NCBI RefSeq assembly: GCF_003334315.1
Contig: NZ_QOWR01000019.1
Length of the DNA: 64,000 bases
Reading direction: 5' to 3' (one strand)
Source of the DNA: Escherichia coli
Lineage (GTDB): Bacteria > Pseudomonadota > Gammaproteobacteria > Enterobacterales > Enterobacteriaceae
Below the pieces are notes generated by a model. That model had not been told where the DNA came from, made no database searches, and was given only the letters and a program-made list of their open reading frames with translations. The translations under genes were made by a program, and so were the position numbers. This document shows, one piece after another, positions 1-11,416 of this stretch (position 1 is the stretch's first letter; every line of letters starts with the position of its first letter).

Positions 1-3
1 TAT

Positions 4-90
4 GTAGGCCGGATAAGGCGTCCCCGCCGCATCCGGCACAGGCACCGTGCTGATGTCTGATGCGACGCTGGCGCGTCTTATCAGACCTAC
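4..90. repeat. BIME: two REP (repetitive extragenic palindromic) units in opposite orientation, artJ-artM intergenic
   Basis: GC-rich palindromic units gccggataaggcgt..gccgcatccggca and tgatgcgacgctggcgcgtcttatcag..cctac match the E. coli REP family. Confidence 0.8.
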
Positions 91-120
91 AAAACCCCCC
101 GGCGAATGTACGCAGCCACA

Positions 121-789
121 TTAATTTCGCCGTTCGAATGCCAGCGCTTTGCGCTCGATCAGACGCATCATCAGCGTCAGCAGGCCGTTAACGACCAGGT
201 AAATAATCCCTGCCGCACCGAACACCATTACATCGTAGGTGCGTCCGTACAACAACTGGCTGTATCCCATCACTTCCATCAGCGTAATGGTGTATGCCAG
301 AGAGGTACTTTTGAATACCAGCACCACTTCGTTGGAATAAGAAGAGAGCGAGCGTTTAAAGGCATACGGCAGCAGGATCGCCAGCGTATCTTTTTTGCTC
401 ATTCCCAGGGCGCTACAGGACTGCCACTGACCTTCCGGGATCGCACGAATTGCACCGTAAAACAGCTGCGTGGTATACGCCGCACTATTCAGCGACAACG
501 CAATCAGCGCACATAACCACGGTTCTGACAACAAATGCCACAGTGCCGGATACTCCTGCAAAGTCGGAAACTGGCCCGGCCCGTAATAAATCAGGAAGAT
601 CTGCACCAGCAGCGGCGTACCGGTAAACAGCGTGATATAACCCCGCACCAGCCACACCAGCACCGGCGTTTTCAGCGTCAGGATGATGGTAAAAATCAAT
701 GCCAGAATCAGTGCCACAATCAGCGAGGCAACGGTTAGCGTCAGGCTGGTGTGTAGCCCTTTCATCAGTTCGGGTAAATACTCAAACAT
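121..789 (-). CDS. artM: arginine ABC transporter permease ArtM
   Basis: 222-aa multi-TM ORF; 1-nt start/stop overlap with artQ; conserved art operon order. Confidence 0.93.
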   Translation of the reverse strand: MFEYLPELMKGLHTSLTLTVASLIVALILALIFTIILTLKTPVLVWLVRGYITLFTGTPLLVQIFLIYYGPGQFPTLQEYPALWHLLSEPWLCALIALSLNSAAYTTQLFYGAIRAIPEGQWQSCSALGMSKKDTLAILLPYAFKRSLSSYSNEVVLVFKSTSLAYTITLMEVMGYSQLLYGRTYDVMVFGAAGIIYLVVNGLLTLMMRLIERKALAFERRN

Positions 790-1505
790 TAGCTGGGCCT
801 CCGCTCAAAACGTGTCGCGCGCAGGTCAATGCGTTTGAGAATGTACTGACTGAGCAGGGTGATCACCAGGTAAATCGCCGCCGCCACAATGTACCAGGTA
901 AATGGTTCCTGGGTACGAGTAGCGATGCTTTTTGTTTGCAGCATTAAATCATTCACACTAATCAAACTGACCAGCGCGGTATCTTTCAGCAGCACCAGCC
1001 ACTGGTTACCGAGGCCAGGCAGCGCATGACGCCACATCTGCGGCATCACCAGACGGAAAAAGATAGCCGATTTCGACAGCCCCAGCGCCTGACCAGACTC
1101 CCACTGACCCACCGGCACCGCTTTCAACGCGCCCCGAAGCGTTTGCGAGGCATAGGCGGCATACAGCAGTGACAGAGCGATGACACCACAAAGGAACGGG
1201 CTAACGTCGAAGTTCTCAATGTCCATCTGCACTGGGATCTGCACGAACCCAAGATTGATAGTGAAGCCATCCGAAAGCGTCAGCAGCAGCTGCGAGGAGC
1301 CAAAATAGATAAACAGCACCACCAGAATTTCTGGCAGGCCACGCAGAATGGTTACCAGCGCTGAACCTGCCCACGCGACAGGACGCCATTTTGCCGACTC
1401 CCATACCGCAAAGAACATCGCCAGCGCCAGCCCGACAATCAATGCACAAACGGCAAGGCCGACGGTCATCCCGGCGGCGCTTGCTAAAGGAAAAAATTCA
1501 TTCAT
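789..1505 (-). CDS. artQ: arginine ABC transporter permease ArtQ
   Basis: 238-aa multi-TM ORF directly upstream of artM in same operon. Confidence 0.93.
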
Positions 1506-1511
1506 CAGGAA

Positions 1512-2243
1512 TTACTTCTGGAACCATTTGTTGTAGATGGTTTCGTAAGTGCCATCTTTCTTCACTTTTTCCAGCGCAGTGTTGAGTTTCTGCTGCAGCT
1601 CAGTGTTGCCCTGACGTACCGCGATGCCGAGGCCAGTGCCGAAGTAATCTTTATCGGTCACTTTGTCGCCCACCGCCGCCAGTTTCGGGTTATCTTTCAG
1701 CCACTCAGTGACCACTGCGGTGTCACCGAAGACGCCGTCGATACGCCCGTTTTGCAGATCCAGTTTTGCGTTCTGGTAGCTGTCATACGGAACGGTAGTG
1801 ATTTCCGGGTGCTTATCCATAATGAATTTCTGGTGTGTCGTCCCGTTCTGTACGCCGACTTTTTTGCCTTTCAGCTGATCAACACTGGTGTATTTGCCTT
1901 GCTGACCCACAAACAGGGCAGAGTTGTCATAGTACGGGGTGGTAAACAGCACCTGCTTTTCACGCTCCGGAGTGATATCCATGCCCGCCATCACGGCTTC
2001 TACGCGACGGAATTTCAGGCTTGGGATCAGGCTGTCAAACGCCTGGTTAGAGAAAGTGCAGGTTGCATCAATCTCTTTACACAGCGCTTGTGCCAGGTCG
2101 ACGTCAAAACCAACGATCTGGTTGTTTGCATCAATCGATTCAAACGGAGGATAGGAGGCTTCGGTAGCAAAACGAATGGTTTCGGCAGCTGTGGCGGAAA
2201 GACTAAAACCTGCAATTAACGCGGCAATCAGAACTTTTTTCAT
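1512..2243 (-). CDS. artI: arginine-binding periplasmic protein ArtI
   Basis: 243-aa ORF with N-terminal signal peptide MKKVLIAALIAGFSLSATA; periplasmic binding protein fold; operon context. Confidence 0.93.
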   Translation of the reverse strand: MKKVLIAALIAGFSLSATAAETIRFATEASYPPFESIDANNQIVGFDVDLAQALCKEIDATCTFSNQAFDSLIPSLKFRRVEAVMAGMDITPEREKQVLFTTPYYDNSALFVGQQGKYTSVDQLKGKKVGVQNGTTHQKFIMDKHPEITTVPYDSYQNAKLDLQNGRIDGVFGDTAVVTEWLKDNPKLAAVGDKVTDKDYFGTGLGIAVRQGNTELQQKLNTALEKVKKDGTYETIYNKWFQK

Positions 2244-2260
2244 TGTTGTTATCCCGAATC

Positions 2261-2989
2261 TTAGTGAGAGAGATAGTTTTTAAATGCTTCGGTTTGCGGC
2301 TCGGTAAAGCAGCTCGCGTCGCCTTGTTCTACGATATGACCATTTTCCATATACACCACTCGGCTGGCGGTTTTACGCGCCACTTCAACTTCGTGGGTGA
2401 CGATCACCTGGGTAATATTCGTTTCTGCCAGCTCACGAATGATGCTGACGATTTGTGCCGTAATTTCCGGGTCCAGTGCGGCGGTCGGTTCATCGAACAG
2501 CAGTACCTGCGGTTCCATCATCAACGCACGGGCAATAGCAACACGCTGCTGCTGACCACCAGAAAGATGCAGCGGGTAACGATCGCTATAAGGTTTGAGA
2601 CGCAGACGTTCCAGCAGTTTTTCTGCACGGGCCAGCGCCTGATCTTTACTCAACCCCAGTACACGGCAGGGCGCTTCAATCAGGTTTTGCTGCACGGTCA
2701 GATGCGGCCACAGGTTGTATTGCTGAAACACCATGCCAACGTTACGACGCAAATCGCGAATCGCTTTGTCAGAGGGTGTTTTGGTGAAATCGAAATGGTT
2801 GCCTGCAATGTTGAGCGTACCGGAGCGCGGCATCTCAAGCAGATTGAGTACACGCAGCAGCGAGCTTTTACCCGCGCCGCTGGGGCCAAGTAACACCAGC
2901 GTTTCGCCCTGTGGGCAATCCAGCGTGATATCGAACAGCGCCTGATGCGCGCCGTAGAAGCAATTAATGCCGTTTAATTGAATACTCAT
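2261..2989 (-). CDS. artP: arginine ABC transporter ATP-binding protein ArtP
   Basis: Walker [10 protein letters not shown] and ABC signature [15 protein letters not shown]; supplied ORF is 5'-extended, start placed at internal ATG giving MSIQLNG (242 aa). Confidence 0.9.
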
Positions 2990-3046
2990 TGACACTCGTA
3001 TACTGGCAGTCTGATAGCTATTGAGGTCGAAGATAGTACCTTTGAC

Positions 3047-3060
3047 AGAATAATTATGCA
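3047..3060. promoter_or_regulatory. putative ARG box (ArgR operator) in artP promoter region
   Basis: tgaataattatgca resembles TGAAT-N4-ATTCA half-site pattern upstream of artP; art operon is known to be ArgR-repressed. Confidence 0.3.
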
Positions 3061-3206
3061 ATATTTCTGCTTTAAAAGTTAAAAGCAAAGCGCATTATTC
3101 AATAAACATAGCACAAAATAACGGGGGCGGTGGTCGGCGAGCATAAATGTCGGCATTCCTCACGAAATGCCGGACAATTTACGGGGTTTATTGGTTGATC
3201 AAGGCG

Positions 3207-3722
3207 TTAGCGATTCTCGATGGACTGACGGAGCGTACCCGCCGTGGCATGAACGCTACCGCCTAAGTAACGCACATCGTCGATGACCCAACACTGGCCT
3301 TCCTGAATCATTAACACTTCATCCTGCCAACCCTGGTCACCCTGTTTGAGATCCACGCGCAATGGAATGTTACGGGCATCACGATTAGGGATAGTCGATG
3401 CACTGGCAACGTGGGCGCTATCTGGCAAGGTGGTTCGACTGGAGAATGGATCGTTGGTCAGTAGTTCCCGATGGTTATTATCCCGGGAGGCATCGCTAAG
3501 CAGTGTCGCCAGTTTGTCGCTCAGATAAGGGCGCAAGGCGGTGATGTCGTTGCTGCGGTGCAAAATGCGGTAGTCATAAAATTGCTGGGCCACGTTATCC
3601 GGGCCTCCTTCAACGCAAGGACCACTGCGTGTGCCGTTATCTTTATAAGCTGGAGTGACTGTGGTGCAGGCACTGAGGAGCAGTGCGCAGGGGATAAGCA
3701 TTGTCAATTTGCTGTAGCGCAT
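3207..3722 (-). CDS. ybjP: lipoprotein YbjP
   Basis: 171-aa ORF with lipobox LLSAC after signal peptide. Confidence 0.9.
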   Translation of the reverse strand: MRYSKLTMLIPCALLLSACTTVTPAYKDNGTRSGPCVEGGPDNVAQQFYDYRILHRSNDITALRPYLSDKLATLLSDASRDNNHRELLTNDPFSSRTTLPDSAHVASASTIPNRDARNIPLRVDLKQGDQGWQDEVLMIQEGQCWVIDDVRYLGGSVHATAGTLRQSIENR

Positions 3723-3847
3723 AATGATTTCCTTATAAGCGATCGCTCTGAAAGCGTTCTACGATAATAATGATATCCTTTCAATAATAGCGTATCAGTC
3801 TGATAATGCTTTTGAGATCGAAGGCTTAGCAAACAAGGAGATCGATC

Positions 3848-4171
3848 ATGCAATTTTCTACAACCCCAACTCTGGAAGGCCAGACCATCGTTGAATATTG
3901 CGGTGTGGTGACCGGCGAAGCGATTTTAGGTGCCAATATTTTCCGTGATTTCTTTGCCGGTATCCGCGATATCGTTGGCGGACGTTCCGGTGCGTATGAA
4001 AAAGAACTGCGTAAAGCACGGGAGATCGCCTTTGAGGAATTAGGCTCCCAGGCGCGGGCGCTGGGGGCCGATGCCGTCGTCGGTATTGATATCGACTACG
4101 AAACGGTCGGGCAAAACGGCAGTATGCTGATGGTTAGCGTCAGCGGTACGGCGGTGAAAACGCGTCGATGA
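3848..4171 (+). CDS. ybjQ: UPF0145 family protein YbjQ
   Basis: 107-aa ORF with RBS aaggag upstream; 4-nt overlap with amiD. Confidence 0.9.
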
Positions 4172-4998
4172 GAAGAGTCTTCTGGCTGGTCGCTGCCGCT
4201 CTGTTATTGGCAGGGTGTGCAGGCGAAAAAGGCATTGTCGAGAAAGAGGGATATCAGCTTGATACCCGACGCCAGGCGCAGGCGGCGTATCCGCGCATTA
4301 AAGTGCTGGTGATCCACTACACCGCAGATGATTTTGATAGCTCGCTGGCGACACTGACCGATAAGCAGGTCAGCTCGCATTATCTGGTCCCTGCGGTACC
4401 ACCGCGATACAACGGTAAACCGCGCATCTGGCAACTGGTGCCGGAACAAGAACTGGCCTGGCATGCGGGGATTAGCGCCTGGCGCGGGGCAACGCGCCTT
4501 AACGACACCTCTATTGGCATTGAGCTGGAAAACCGTGGCTGGCAAAAATCGGCCGGAGTGAAATATTTTGCCCCGTTTGAACCGGCACAGATTCAGGCGC
4601 TTATTCCACTGGCGAAAGATATTATTGCCCGTTATCACATCAAGCCGGAAAACGTAGTGGCACATGCGGATATCGCACCGCAGCGCAAAGACGATCCGGG
4701 GCCATTATTTCCCTGGCAGCAACTGGCGCAGCAGGGGATTGGTGCCTGGCCGGATGCGCAGCGGGTTAACTTTTACCTTGCCGGGCGCGCGCCGCACACA
4801 CCGGTAGATACCGCGTCATTGCTGGAGCTTTTGGCGCGCTACGGTTATGACGTTAAACCTGATATGACACCGCGCGAGCAGCGGCGCGTGATTATGGCAT
4901 TCCAGATGCATTTCCGCCCGACGTTATATAACGGCGAAGCGGATGCAGAAACTCAGGCGATTGCCGAAGCATTGCTGGAGAAATACGGGCAGGATTAG
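4168..4998 (+). CDS. amiD: N-acetylmuramoyl-L-alanine amidase AmiD (lipoprotein, amidase_2 family)
   Basis: 276-aa ORF, lipobox LLAGCAG, amidase_2-type sequence. Confidence 0.9.
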
Positions 4999-6008
4999 CG
5001 CGGCAGTTTTCCGTGGTCGCGTAGCCAGGCGGCAGTTTTCTCGATACCTTCATCCAGGGTGATGACCGGCTGATAACCTAACTCTTCCTGCGCACGCGTA
5101 ATATCCAGCGTAAAGTCAAAATTCAACTTGGAGACGCCGTAGTGGGTCAGCGGCGGCTCTTTTGCTGACTTGCGGCCTAAACGCTCCATGCTGCGGGCGA
5201 TCATATCCAGCATCGGGTAGGGGACGGAACGAATACGACAGTCAATATTCAACTCGTCGATCAGCTTCTGCACGATGCTGCGCAGTGTGCGATGCTCGCC
5301 GTTGGTGATGTTGTACACACGCCCGGAAGGTAGCTTATCGCAGGCTTCCTGGCTTGCCAGCCACATTGCGTGCACGGCATTTTCATAGTAGGTCATATCG
5401 ACCAGCGCACTGCCGCCATGCGGTAACAGAATACTGCCGTAGTGGTGCATCATATGCGCCAGACGGGGAATAAAGACTTTATCGTGCGGTCCGAACAGAC
5501 TTTGTGGGCGCAGAATAGTAAAGCGCGTTTGTGGATTCGCCTGCGAAAGCATATTGATCACTTCTTCGCTGGCTGCTTTGCTGCGGGCAAACTCGTTGGC
5601 GAAGCGGTGAGGGCGAAAATCTTCTTTAATATCGCGATGGTGGTGATAATCGAAGTACAGGGAGGGGGAAGAGATATGAATAAAGTTACGCACACCCCAG
5701 GCGACAGCCCATTCACCCAGGCGGCGAGTGGCGCGAACGTTAGCCAGATCGAAAGCCTGTTGTGTCCCCCAGGGTGAGGTAAAGCTGGAGCAGTGCCACA
5801 GCGTATCAATGCCCGCGAGCATCACTTTAGCTTGTGATGAAACCAGCTCGGTCAGATCCGCCGGAACAAACTCTGCGCCCATTTTTTCCAGCAATTTGCC
5901 CATTGCCTCGTTGCGACCGGTCGCTCGCACGCTGATGCCTTTCTGGCATAAAAACTCTACCGCGTTTCGACCTAAGCCGCTGGTGGCGCCGGTAACCAGT
6001 ACCTTCAT
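4995..6008 (-). CDS. ybjS: NAD-dependent epimerase/dehydratase family protein YbjS
   Basis: Rossmann motif [13 protein letters not shown] at proposed start; supplied ORF 5'-extended by 21 codons. Confidence 0.85.
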   Translation of the reverse strand: MKVLVTGATSGLGRNAVEFLCQKGISVRATGRNEAMGKLLEKMGAEFVPADLTELVSSQAKVMLAGIDTLWHCSSFTSPWGTQQAFDLANVRATRRLGEWAVAWGVRNFIHISSPSLYFDYHHHRDIKEDFRPHRFANEFARSKAASEEVINMLSQANPQTRFTILRPQSLFGPHDKVFIPRLAHMMHHYGSILLPHGGSALVDMTYYENAVHAMWLASQEACDKLPSGRVYNITNGEHRTLRSIVQKLIDELNIDCRIRSVPYPMLDMIARSMERLGRKSAKEPPLTHYGVSKLNFDFTLDITRAQEELGYQPVITLDEGIEKTAAWLRDHGKLPR

Positions 6009-6106
6009 ATCAATCCACTGTTGTTGAGAAAATAACGTGCGCATTCTTCCGTGATTTCCCCCATGATGCAATGGGAAACATGAAAGAATAACGCAGGTTT
6101 TGTCGA

Positions 6107-7537
6107 TTAATCTGTGCTTTGTTCTGCCAGTCTGGCGATTTGTTTTGCCATTCCGCGAAAAATAAACAGATGCGCGGGGATCATCAATAACCAGTAAAAC
6201 AGCCCCGGCATACCGTGCGGATGCCAGAAAGCGCGGACATCGATAGTACGATAGTCGCCTTTATCTTCCAGGCTAAAACACAGTCGTCCCAGCCCCGGCG
6301 CTTTCATGCCAAATAACAACGTAAGTTGTTTTTCCGGTTCAACGACAATCACTTTCCAGCTATCCACCGCATCGCCAGTCTGTAAATATTCGCGCTCCGG
6401 GCGGCCTTTCGCCAGCTTATGACCGATCGCGCGGTCCATCAACGCCCGTGTCTGCCACAAAATATTGCCAAAGAAATAACGCTCTTTACCGCCGATTTGG
6501 TTCACCACCTGCCATAAAGCCGCAAGGCTGGCGGACGTTTTAACGGTAAACCCCGCCTGTTTGGCGAAATAACCGTACTCCGGTCGCCAGCGGGCAAAGG
6601 CCTGAGCGTCGTAGCCCCAGTCGCTGGAGTTGACCAGTTTTTCTTCCTCTTTCAACGTGCTACGTACCGCGTCATCGAAAGCGATCAGCCGTTGTGGGAT
6701 GAGTGCACGTAGCGCGGTATCATCCGCCAGCAGATCGTGTTTCAGCCCCTGAATCAACGCCCTGGCGGTGGTGGGCGGTACGGAAGTAATCACATTGAGA
6801 AACCACACCGAAATCCAGCGGGTGGGGAGGGGGATGGGGATCAACCAGCGGCGCTTACCGCTCACCGCCATAAAATGTTCAAACTGTTGCTGATAACTGA
6901 GCACCTCTGGTCCGGCGGCTTCGAAGATGCGGTGTTCGCTGGCCGGATGATCTAACAACGCCACCAGATAGTGCAGCAAGTTTTCCAGCGCGATGGGCGT
7001 GGTGCGTGAACGTACCCAGCGTGGCGGCGTTAACACTGGCAGGTTGTAGACCATATCGCGCATGACTTCGAACGCCGCTGAACCTGCGCCAACGATAATT
7101 CCGGCCCGAAGTTCGGTCACAGGTACATTCGCTTCACGAAGAATGTCCGCCGTAGCCTGACGAGCACGCAGATGATCCGACTGCTCATGTGGCGGGGCCT
7201 GCAACGAACTGAGAAAGATTAATTGCTTAACTGGTACTTCACGTAGCGCATCGCGGACGTTGAGAGCCACCTGGCGCTCCTGAGCGATAAAATCGCCGCC
7301 TTCGCCCATGCTGTGCACCAGAAAATAGACGGTATCGATATCCTGCAACAGGGCCGGAAGGTTATCCGGCCAGCTGAGATCGACTTTATGGCAACTGACG
7401 TTTGCCAGTTGCAGCTTTGCAAGCCTGTCGACATGACGTGCCGCCGCCAGGATCTGATGCCCTTGCTGGCTGAGTGTGCGCACCAGATGCTGACCAATGT
7501 AGCCACTGGCACCGAGAACTAAAATGCGTTGCGGCAC
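6107..7537 (-). CDS. ybjT: NAD(P)-binding protein YbjT
   Basis: Rossmann motif [14 protein letters not shown]; start set at GTG giving 476 aa (inference). Confidence 0.8.
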
Positions 7538-7547
7538 GTCTCTCTCC

Positions 7548-8549
7548 TTAACGCGCCAGGAATGCGCGCCAGTGGGCGGCGACTTCCGCCAGTTGTTCGC
7601 GCGAGACGTCAAGATGCGTCACCAGGCGGACAATCGGCGAGGCGTTAATCAGCACGTTTCTCGCTTTCATGTATTCGCCTAACGCGGCAGCATTTTCTTC
7701 CCCGACGCGAACAAACAGCATATTAGTGTCCTGACGCATCACATCCGCGCCTGCTTCACGCAGTTGCTCCGCCATCCAGGCGGCGTTGTCGTGATCTTCC
7801 TGCAACCGTGCGACGTTATTTTTCAGGGCATACATCCCGGCGGCAGCCAGAATCCCGGACTGACGCATCCCGCCACCGGCCATTTTCCGCCAGCGGATGG
7901 CACGTTTAATGTAATCACGATTACCGACGAGTAATGAACCGACTGGCGTCCCAAGACCTTTCGACAGGCAAATGGTGAACGAATCACAATATTGCGTGAT
8001 CTCTTTCAGTTCGCAGCCGTAAGCCACCACGGCATTAAAGATGCGCGCACCGTCAACATGCAGCGCCAGATTGCGCTCGCGGGTAAATTCCCATGCTTCT
8101 TTCAGGTATTCACGCGGCAGCACTTTGCCGTTGTGGGTGTTTTCCAGACTGAGTAATTTGGTGCGGGCGAAATGGATATCGTCGGGTTTGATTTTCATCG
8201 CCACTTTATCCAGCGGTAGCGTGCCGTCGGCAGCCGCGTCGATGGGTTGCGGCTGAATACTGCCCAGCACCGCTGCGCCACCGGCTTCAAACAGATAGTT
8301 ATGCGCGGCCTGACCGACAATATACTCTTCGCCACGTTCGCAGTGACTGAGCAGAGCGACCAGGTTGGCCTGAGTGCCGGTAGGCAGAAAAATGGCGGCT
8401 TCTTTACCGGAAAGCTCTGCTGCATAGTCCTGCAGAGCATTAACGGTAGGGTCGTCTCCGTAAACGTCGTCCCCAACCGGGGCGGCCATCATCGCTTCGA
8501 GCATGGCGCGGCTCGGTCGGGTAACGGTATCACTGCGTAAATCAATCAT
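7548..8549 (-). CDS. ltaE: low-specificity L-threonine aldolase
   Basis: 333-aa PLP-dependent aldolase-like ORF; synteny. Confidence 0.9.
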   Translation of the reverse strand: MIDLRSDTVTRPSRAMLEAMMAAPVGDDVYGDDPTVNALQDYAAELSGKEAAIFLPTGTQANLVALLSHCERGEEYIVGQAAHNYLFEAGGAAVLGSIQPQPIDAAADGTLPLDKVAMKIKPDDIHFARTKLLSLENTHNGKVLPREYLKEAWEFTRERNLALHVDGARIFNAVVAYGCELKEITQYCDSFTICLSKGLGTPVGSLLVGNRDYIKRAIRWRKMAGGGMRQSGILAAAGMYALKNNVARLQEDHDNAAWMAEQLREAGADVMRQDTNMLFVRVGEENAAALGEYMKARNVLINASPIVRLVTHLDVSREQLAEVAAHWRAFLAR

Positions 8550-8585
8550 GGCATGTCCTTATTATGACGGGAAATGCCACCCTTT

Positions 8586-10304
8586 TTACCTTAGCCAGTT
8601 CGTTTTCGCCAGTTCGATCACTTCATCGCCGCGTCCGCTGATGATTGCGCGCAACATATACAAGCTAAATCCTTTGGCCTGTTCGAGTTTGATCTGCGGT
8701 GGAATGGCTAACTCTTCTTTGGCGACCACCACATCCACCAGCACCGGACCGTCGATGGAGAAGGCGCGTTGCAGGGCTTCATCAACTTCAGACGCTTTTT
8801 CTACACGGATACCCGTAATGCCGCACGCTTCGGCAATGCGGGCAAAGTTTGTGTCGTGTAGTTCGGTGCCGTCAGTCAAATAGCCACCAGCTTTCATCTC
8901 CATCGCCACAAAGCCCAGCACGCTGTTGTTAAAGACGACAATTTTCACTGGCAGTTTCATCTGCACTACTGAGAGGAAATCGCCCATCAACATGCTAAAA
9001 CCGCCATCGCCGCACATGGCGACCACCTGACGTTCTGGCTCTGTCGCCTGCGCACCCAGCGCCTGCGGCATGGCGTTAGCCATCGAACCGTGGTTAAACG
9101 AACCTAACAGGCGACGCTTGCCGTTCATTTTTAGATAACGCGCTGCCCATACTGTTGGCGTGCCGACGTCACAGGTAAAGATTGCGTCATCGGCGGCAAA
9201 ATGACTAATTTGCTGCGCCAGATATTGCGGGTGAATGGCTTTCTCGCTCGGTTTAGCTAAATCGTCCAGCCCTTTGCGGGCATCGCGGTAATCTTCCAGC
9301 GCTTTATCCAGAAATTTGCGATCGGCTTTTTCTTCCACCAGTGGCAGCAATGCACGCAGGGTTGATTTGATATCGCCGACCAGCGCCATATCTACCTTGC
9401 TATGCGCGCCGATGCTGGCTGGATTGATATCAATCTGAATGATTTTGGCATCGGTCGGGTAGAAGGCGCGGTAGGGAAATTGCGTGCCGAGCAGCACTAA
9501 CGTATCGGCATTCATCATAGTGTGAAAACCTGACGAGAAGCCGATTAACCCGGTCATTCCAACATCATACGGATTATCGTATTCGACATGTTCTTTACCG
9601 CGCAGGGCATGAACAATAGGCGCTTTAATTTTCCCGGCAAACTCAACTAACTCTTTATGCGCCCCCGCGCAGCCGCTGCCACACATCAGGGCGATATTGC
9701 TGGAATAACGCAGCAGTTGCGCCAGTTTGCGTAACTCTTCTTCTTCCGGCGTCACGACTGGTTGTGGCGCATGATACCAGTGCATGGTTACCCCTTCTGG
9801 CGCAGGTTTTAACGCCACGTCGCCTGGTAACACGACAACCGAAACGCCACGGTTAAGCACCGCTTTGCGCATGGCAATCGCCAGTACTTGTGGGATCTGC
9901 TCCGGGCTGGAAACCAGCTCGCAATAGTGACTACATTCGCGGAATAGCTCTTGTGGGTGGGTTTCCTGGAAATAGCCGCTGCCAATTTCGCTGGAGGGAA
10001 TATGAGCGGCAATCGCCAGTACCGGAACGTGATTGCGGTGGCAATCGAACAGGCCGTTGATTAAGTGCAGGTTGCCGGGGCCGCACGATCCGGCGCAGAC
10101 CGCCAGTTCTCCGCTAAGTTGTGCTTCAGCGCCAGCGGCAAAGGCCGCCACTTCTTCGTGGCGGGTGGACATCCACTCGATGGTGCCCATGCGATTAAGA
10201 CTGTCACTAAGACCGTTCAGAGAGTCGCCTGTGACTCCCCAGATGCGTTTCACCCCTGCCGATTCGAGTGTTTTGGCGATATAAGCTGCAACCGTTTGTT
10301 TCAT
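8586..10304 (-). CDS. poxB: pyruvate oxidase (ubiquinone), TPP/FAD enzyme
   Basis: 572-aa ORF with TPP-binding GDG..N motif region ([14 protein letters not shown]). Confidence 0.93.
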   Translation of the reverse strand: MKQTVAAYIAKTLESAGVKRIWGVTGDSLNGLSDSLNRMGTIEWMSTRHEEVAAFAAGAEAQLSGELAVCAGSCGPGNLHLINGLFDCHRNHVPVLAIAAHIPSSEIGSGYFQETHPQELFRECSHYCELVSSPEQIPQVLAIAMRKAVLNRGVSVVVLPGDVALKPAPEGVTMHWYHAPQPVVTPEEEELRKLAQLLRYSSNIALMCGSGCAGAHKELVEFAGKIKAPIVHALRGKEHVEYDNPYDVGMTGLIGFSSGFHTMMNADTLVLLGTQFPYRAFYPTDAKIIQIDINPASIGAHSKVDMALVGDIKSTLRALLPLVEEKADRKFLDKALEDYRDARKGLDDLAKPSEKAIHPQYLAQQISHFAADDAIFTCDVGTPTVWAARYLKMNGKRRLLGSFNHGSMANAMPQALGAQATEPERQVVAMCGDGGFSMLMGDFLSVVQMKLPVKIVVFNNSVLGFVAMEMKAGGYLTDGTELHDTNFARIAEACGITGIRVEKASEVDEALQRAFSIDGPVLVDVVVAKEELAIPPQIKLEQAKGFSLYMLRAIISGRGDEVIELAKTNWLR

Positions 10305-10436
10305 GGTTCTCCATCTCCTGAATGTGATAACGGTAACAAGTTTAGTTCATCTGACGGAGGGGGAAGGGATGGGAGAGAAAGGAGGCACTAACGGTTAAAT
10401 AGCCCGATGAAAGGAATATCATCGGGCATAAGGCGA

Positions 10437-11405
10437 TTATGCGAGAACCAAATCCCCCTGCGGATGGCAGGAGCAGGCCAGTACGTAACCTTCAGCGATT
10501 TCGGCGTCGGTCAGCGTCATTGTGCTGCTCACCGTATATTCACCGGAAACCACTTTTGTCTTACAGCAGCCGCAAACACCCGCACGGCAGGCAGCGACAA
10601 CCGGAACGTTATTGCTTTCCAGCGCCTCCAGTAGCGTGGTGCCAACCGGGGCGTAAAATTCTCGTGCCGGTTGCAGTTTGGTGAATTTCAGACCGCTGGT
10701 CGCCGCTTCTGCTACTGGGGTGAAGAATTTCTCTTTAAAGAAACGCGTCACGCCGAGCGCTTTCACTTCCTGCTCTACCCAATCCATATACGGAGCCGGG
10801 CCGCAGGTCATCACGGTACGTGAAGCTAAGTCAGGTACACCTGCCAGCAGTTCGCGAGTGAGACGACCAGCGATAAAGCCTTCGGTAACGTTATTTTCTG
10901 CCACCAGCGTTACCGGATAGTTACGCCACTCATCGGCGAAAATAACATCCTGCGGCGTACGCACGTTGTAGATCACCCGCACATCGGCCTGTGGACGGTT
11001 CTTCGCAAGCCAGCGACGCATCGACATAATCGGCGTGACGCCGCAGCCTGCCGCCAGCAACAGGAATTTATCTTCTGCTTTATCGTCGCAGGTAAATTCC
11101 CCCATCGCGTCCGAAAGCCAGAGATAATCACCGCGTTTTACATCGCGCGTCAGCCACTGGGAGCCGACACCGTCATCAATCCGCCGCACGGTCAGGGTGA
11201 TATATTCACTCACGCCTGGCGTGGAGGAAATGGTGTAAGCACGCAGCGTTTCCGCTGAGTTTCGCACGCTGACCAGTGCATATTGCCCGGCGCGATATGG
11301 GTAGTAATCGTGGCAAATCAGGGAAATCGTCCACACATCCGGCGTTTCTTGCGTAATGTGATGAACCTGCATCCGCCACGGGCATTGATTCGTTGGCATC
11401 GTCAT
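10437..11405 (-). CDS. hcr: NADH oxidoreductase for hybrid-cluster protein (FAD/NAD, 2Fe-2S)
   Basis: C-terminal ferredoxin cysteine cluster CRAGVCGCC; start overlaps hcp stop (operon). Confidence 0.9.
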   Translation of the reverse strand: MTMPTNQCPWRMQVHHITQETPDVWTISLICHDYYPYRAGQYALVSVRNSAETLRAYTISSTPGVSEYITLTVRRIDDGVGSQWLTRDVKRGDYLWLSDAMGEFTCDDKAEDKFLLLAAGCGVTPIMSMRRWLAKNRPQADVRVIYNVRTPQDVIFADEWRNYPVTLVAENNVTEGFIAGRLTRELLAGVPDLASRTVMTCGPAPYMDWVEQEVKALGVTRFFKEKFFTPVAEAATSGLKFTKLQPAREFYAPVGTTLLEALESNNVPVVAACRAGVCGCCKTKVVSGEYTVSSTMTLTDAEIAEGYVLACSCHPQGDLVLA

Positions 11406-11416
11406 CGACAAACTCC

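Noticed and set aside
2990-3088. 5' extension of the artP ORF to 275 aa
   Set aside because: The extension lacks an RBS and ABC-domain similarity begins at the internal ATG (MSIQLNG); the same applies to the 5'-extended supplied ORFs of ybjS, ybjT, ybjE, trxB, lrp, dmsC, ycaM, pflA, focA and ycaO.
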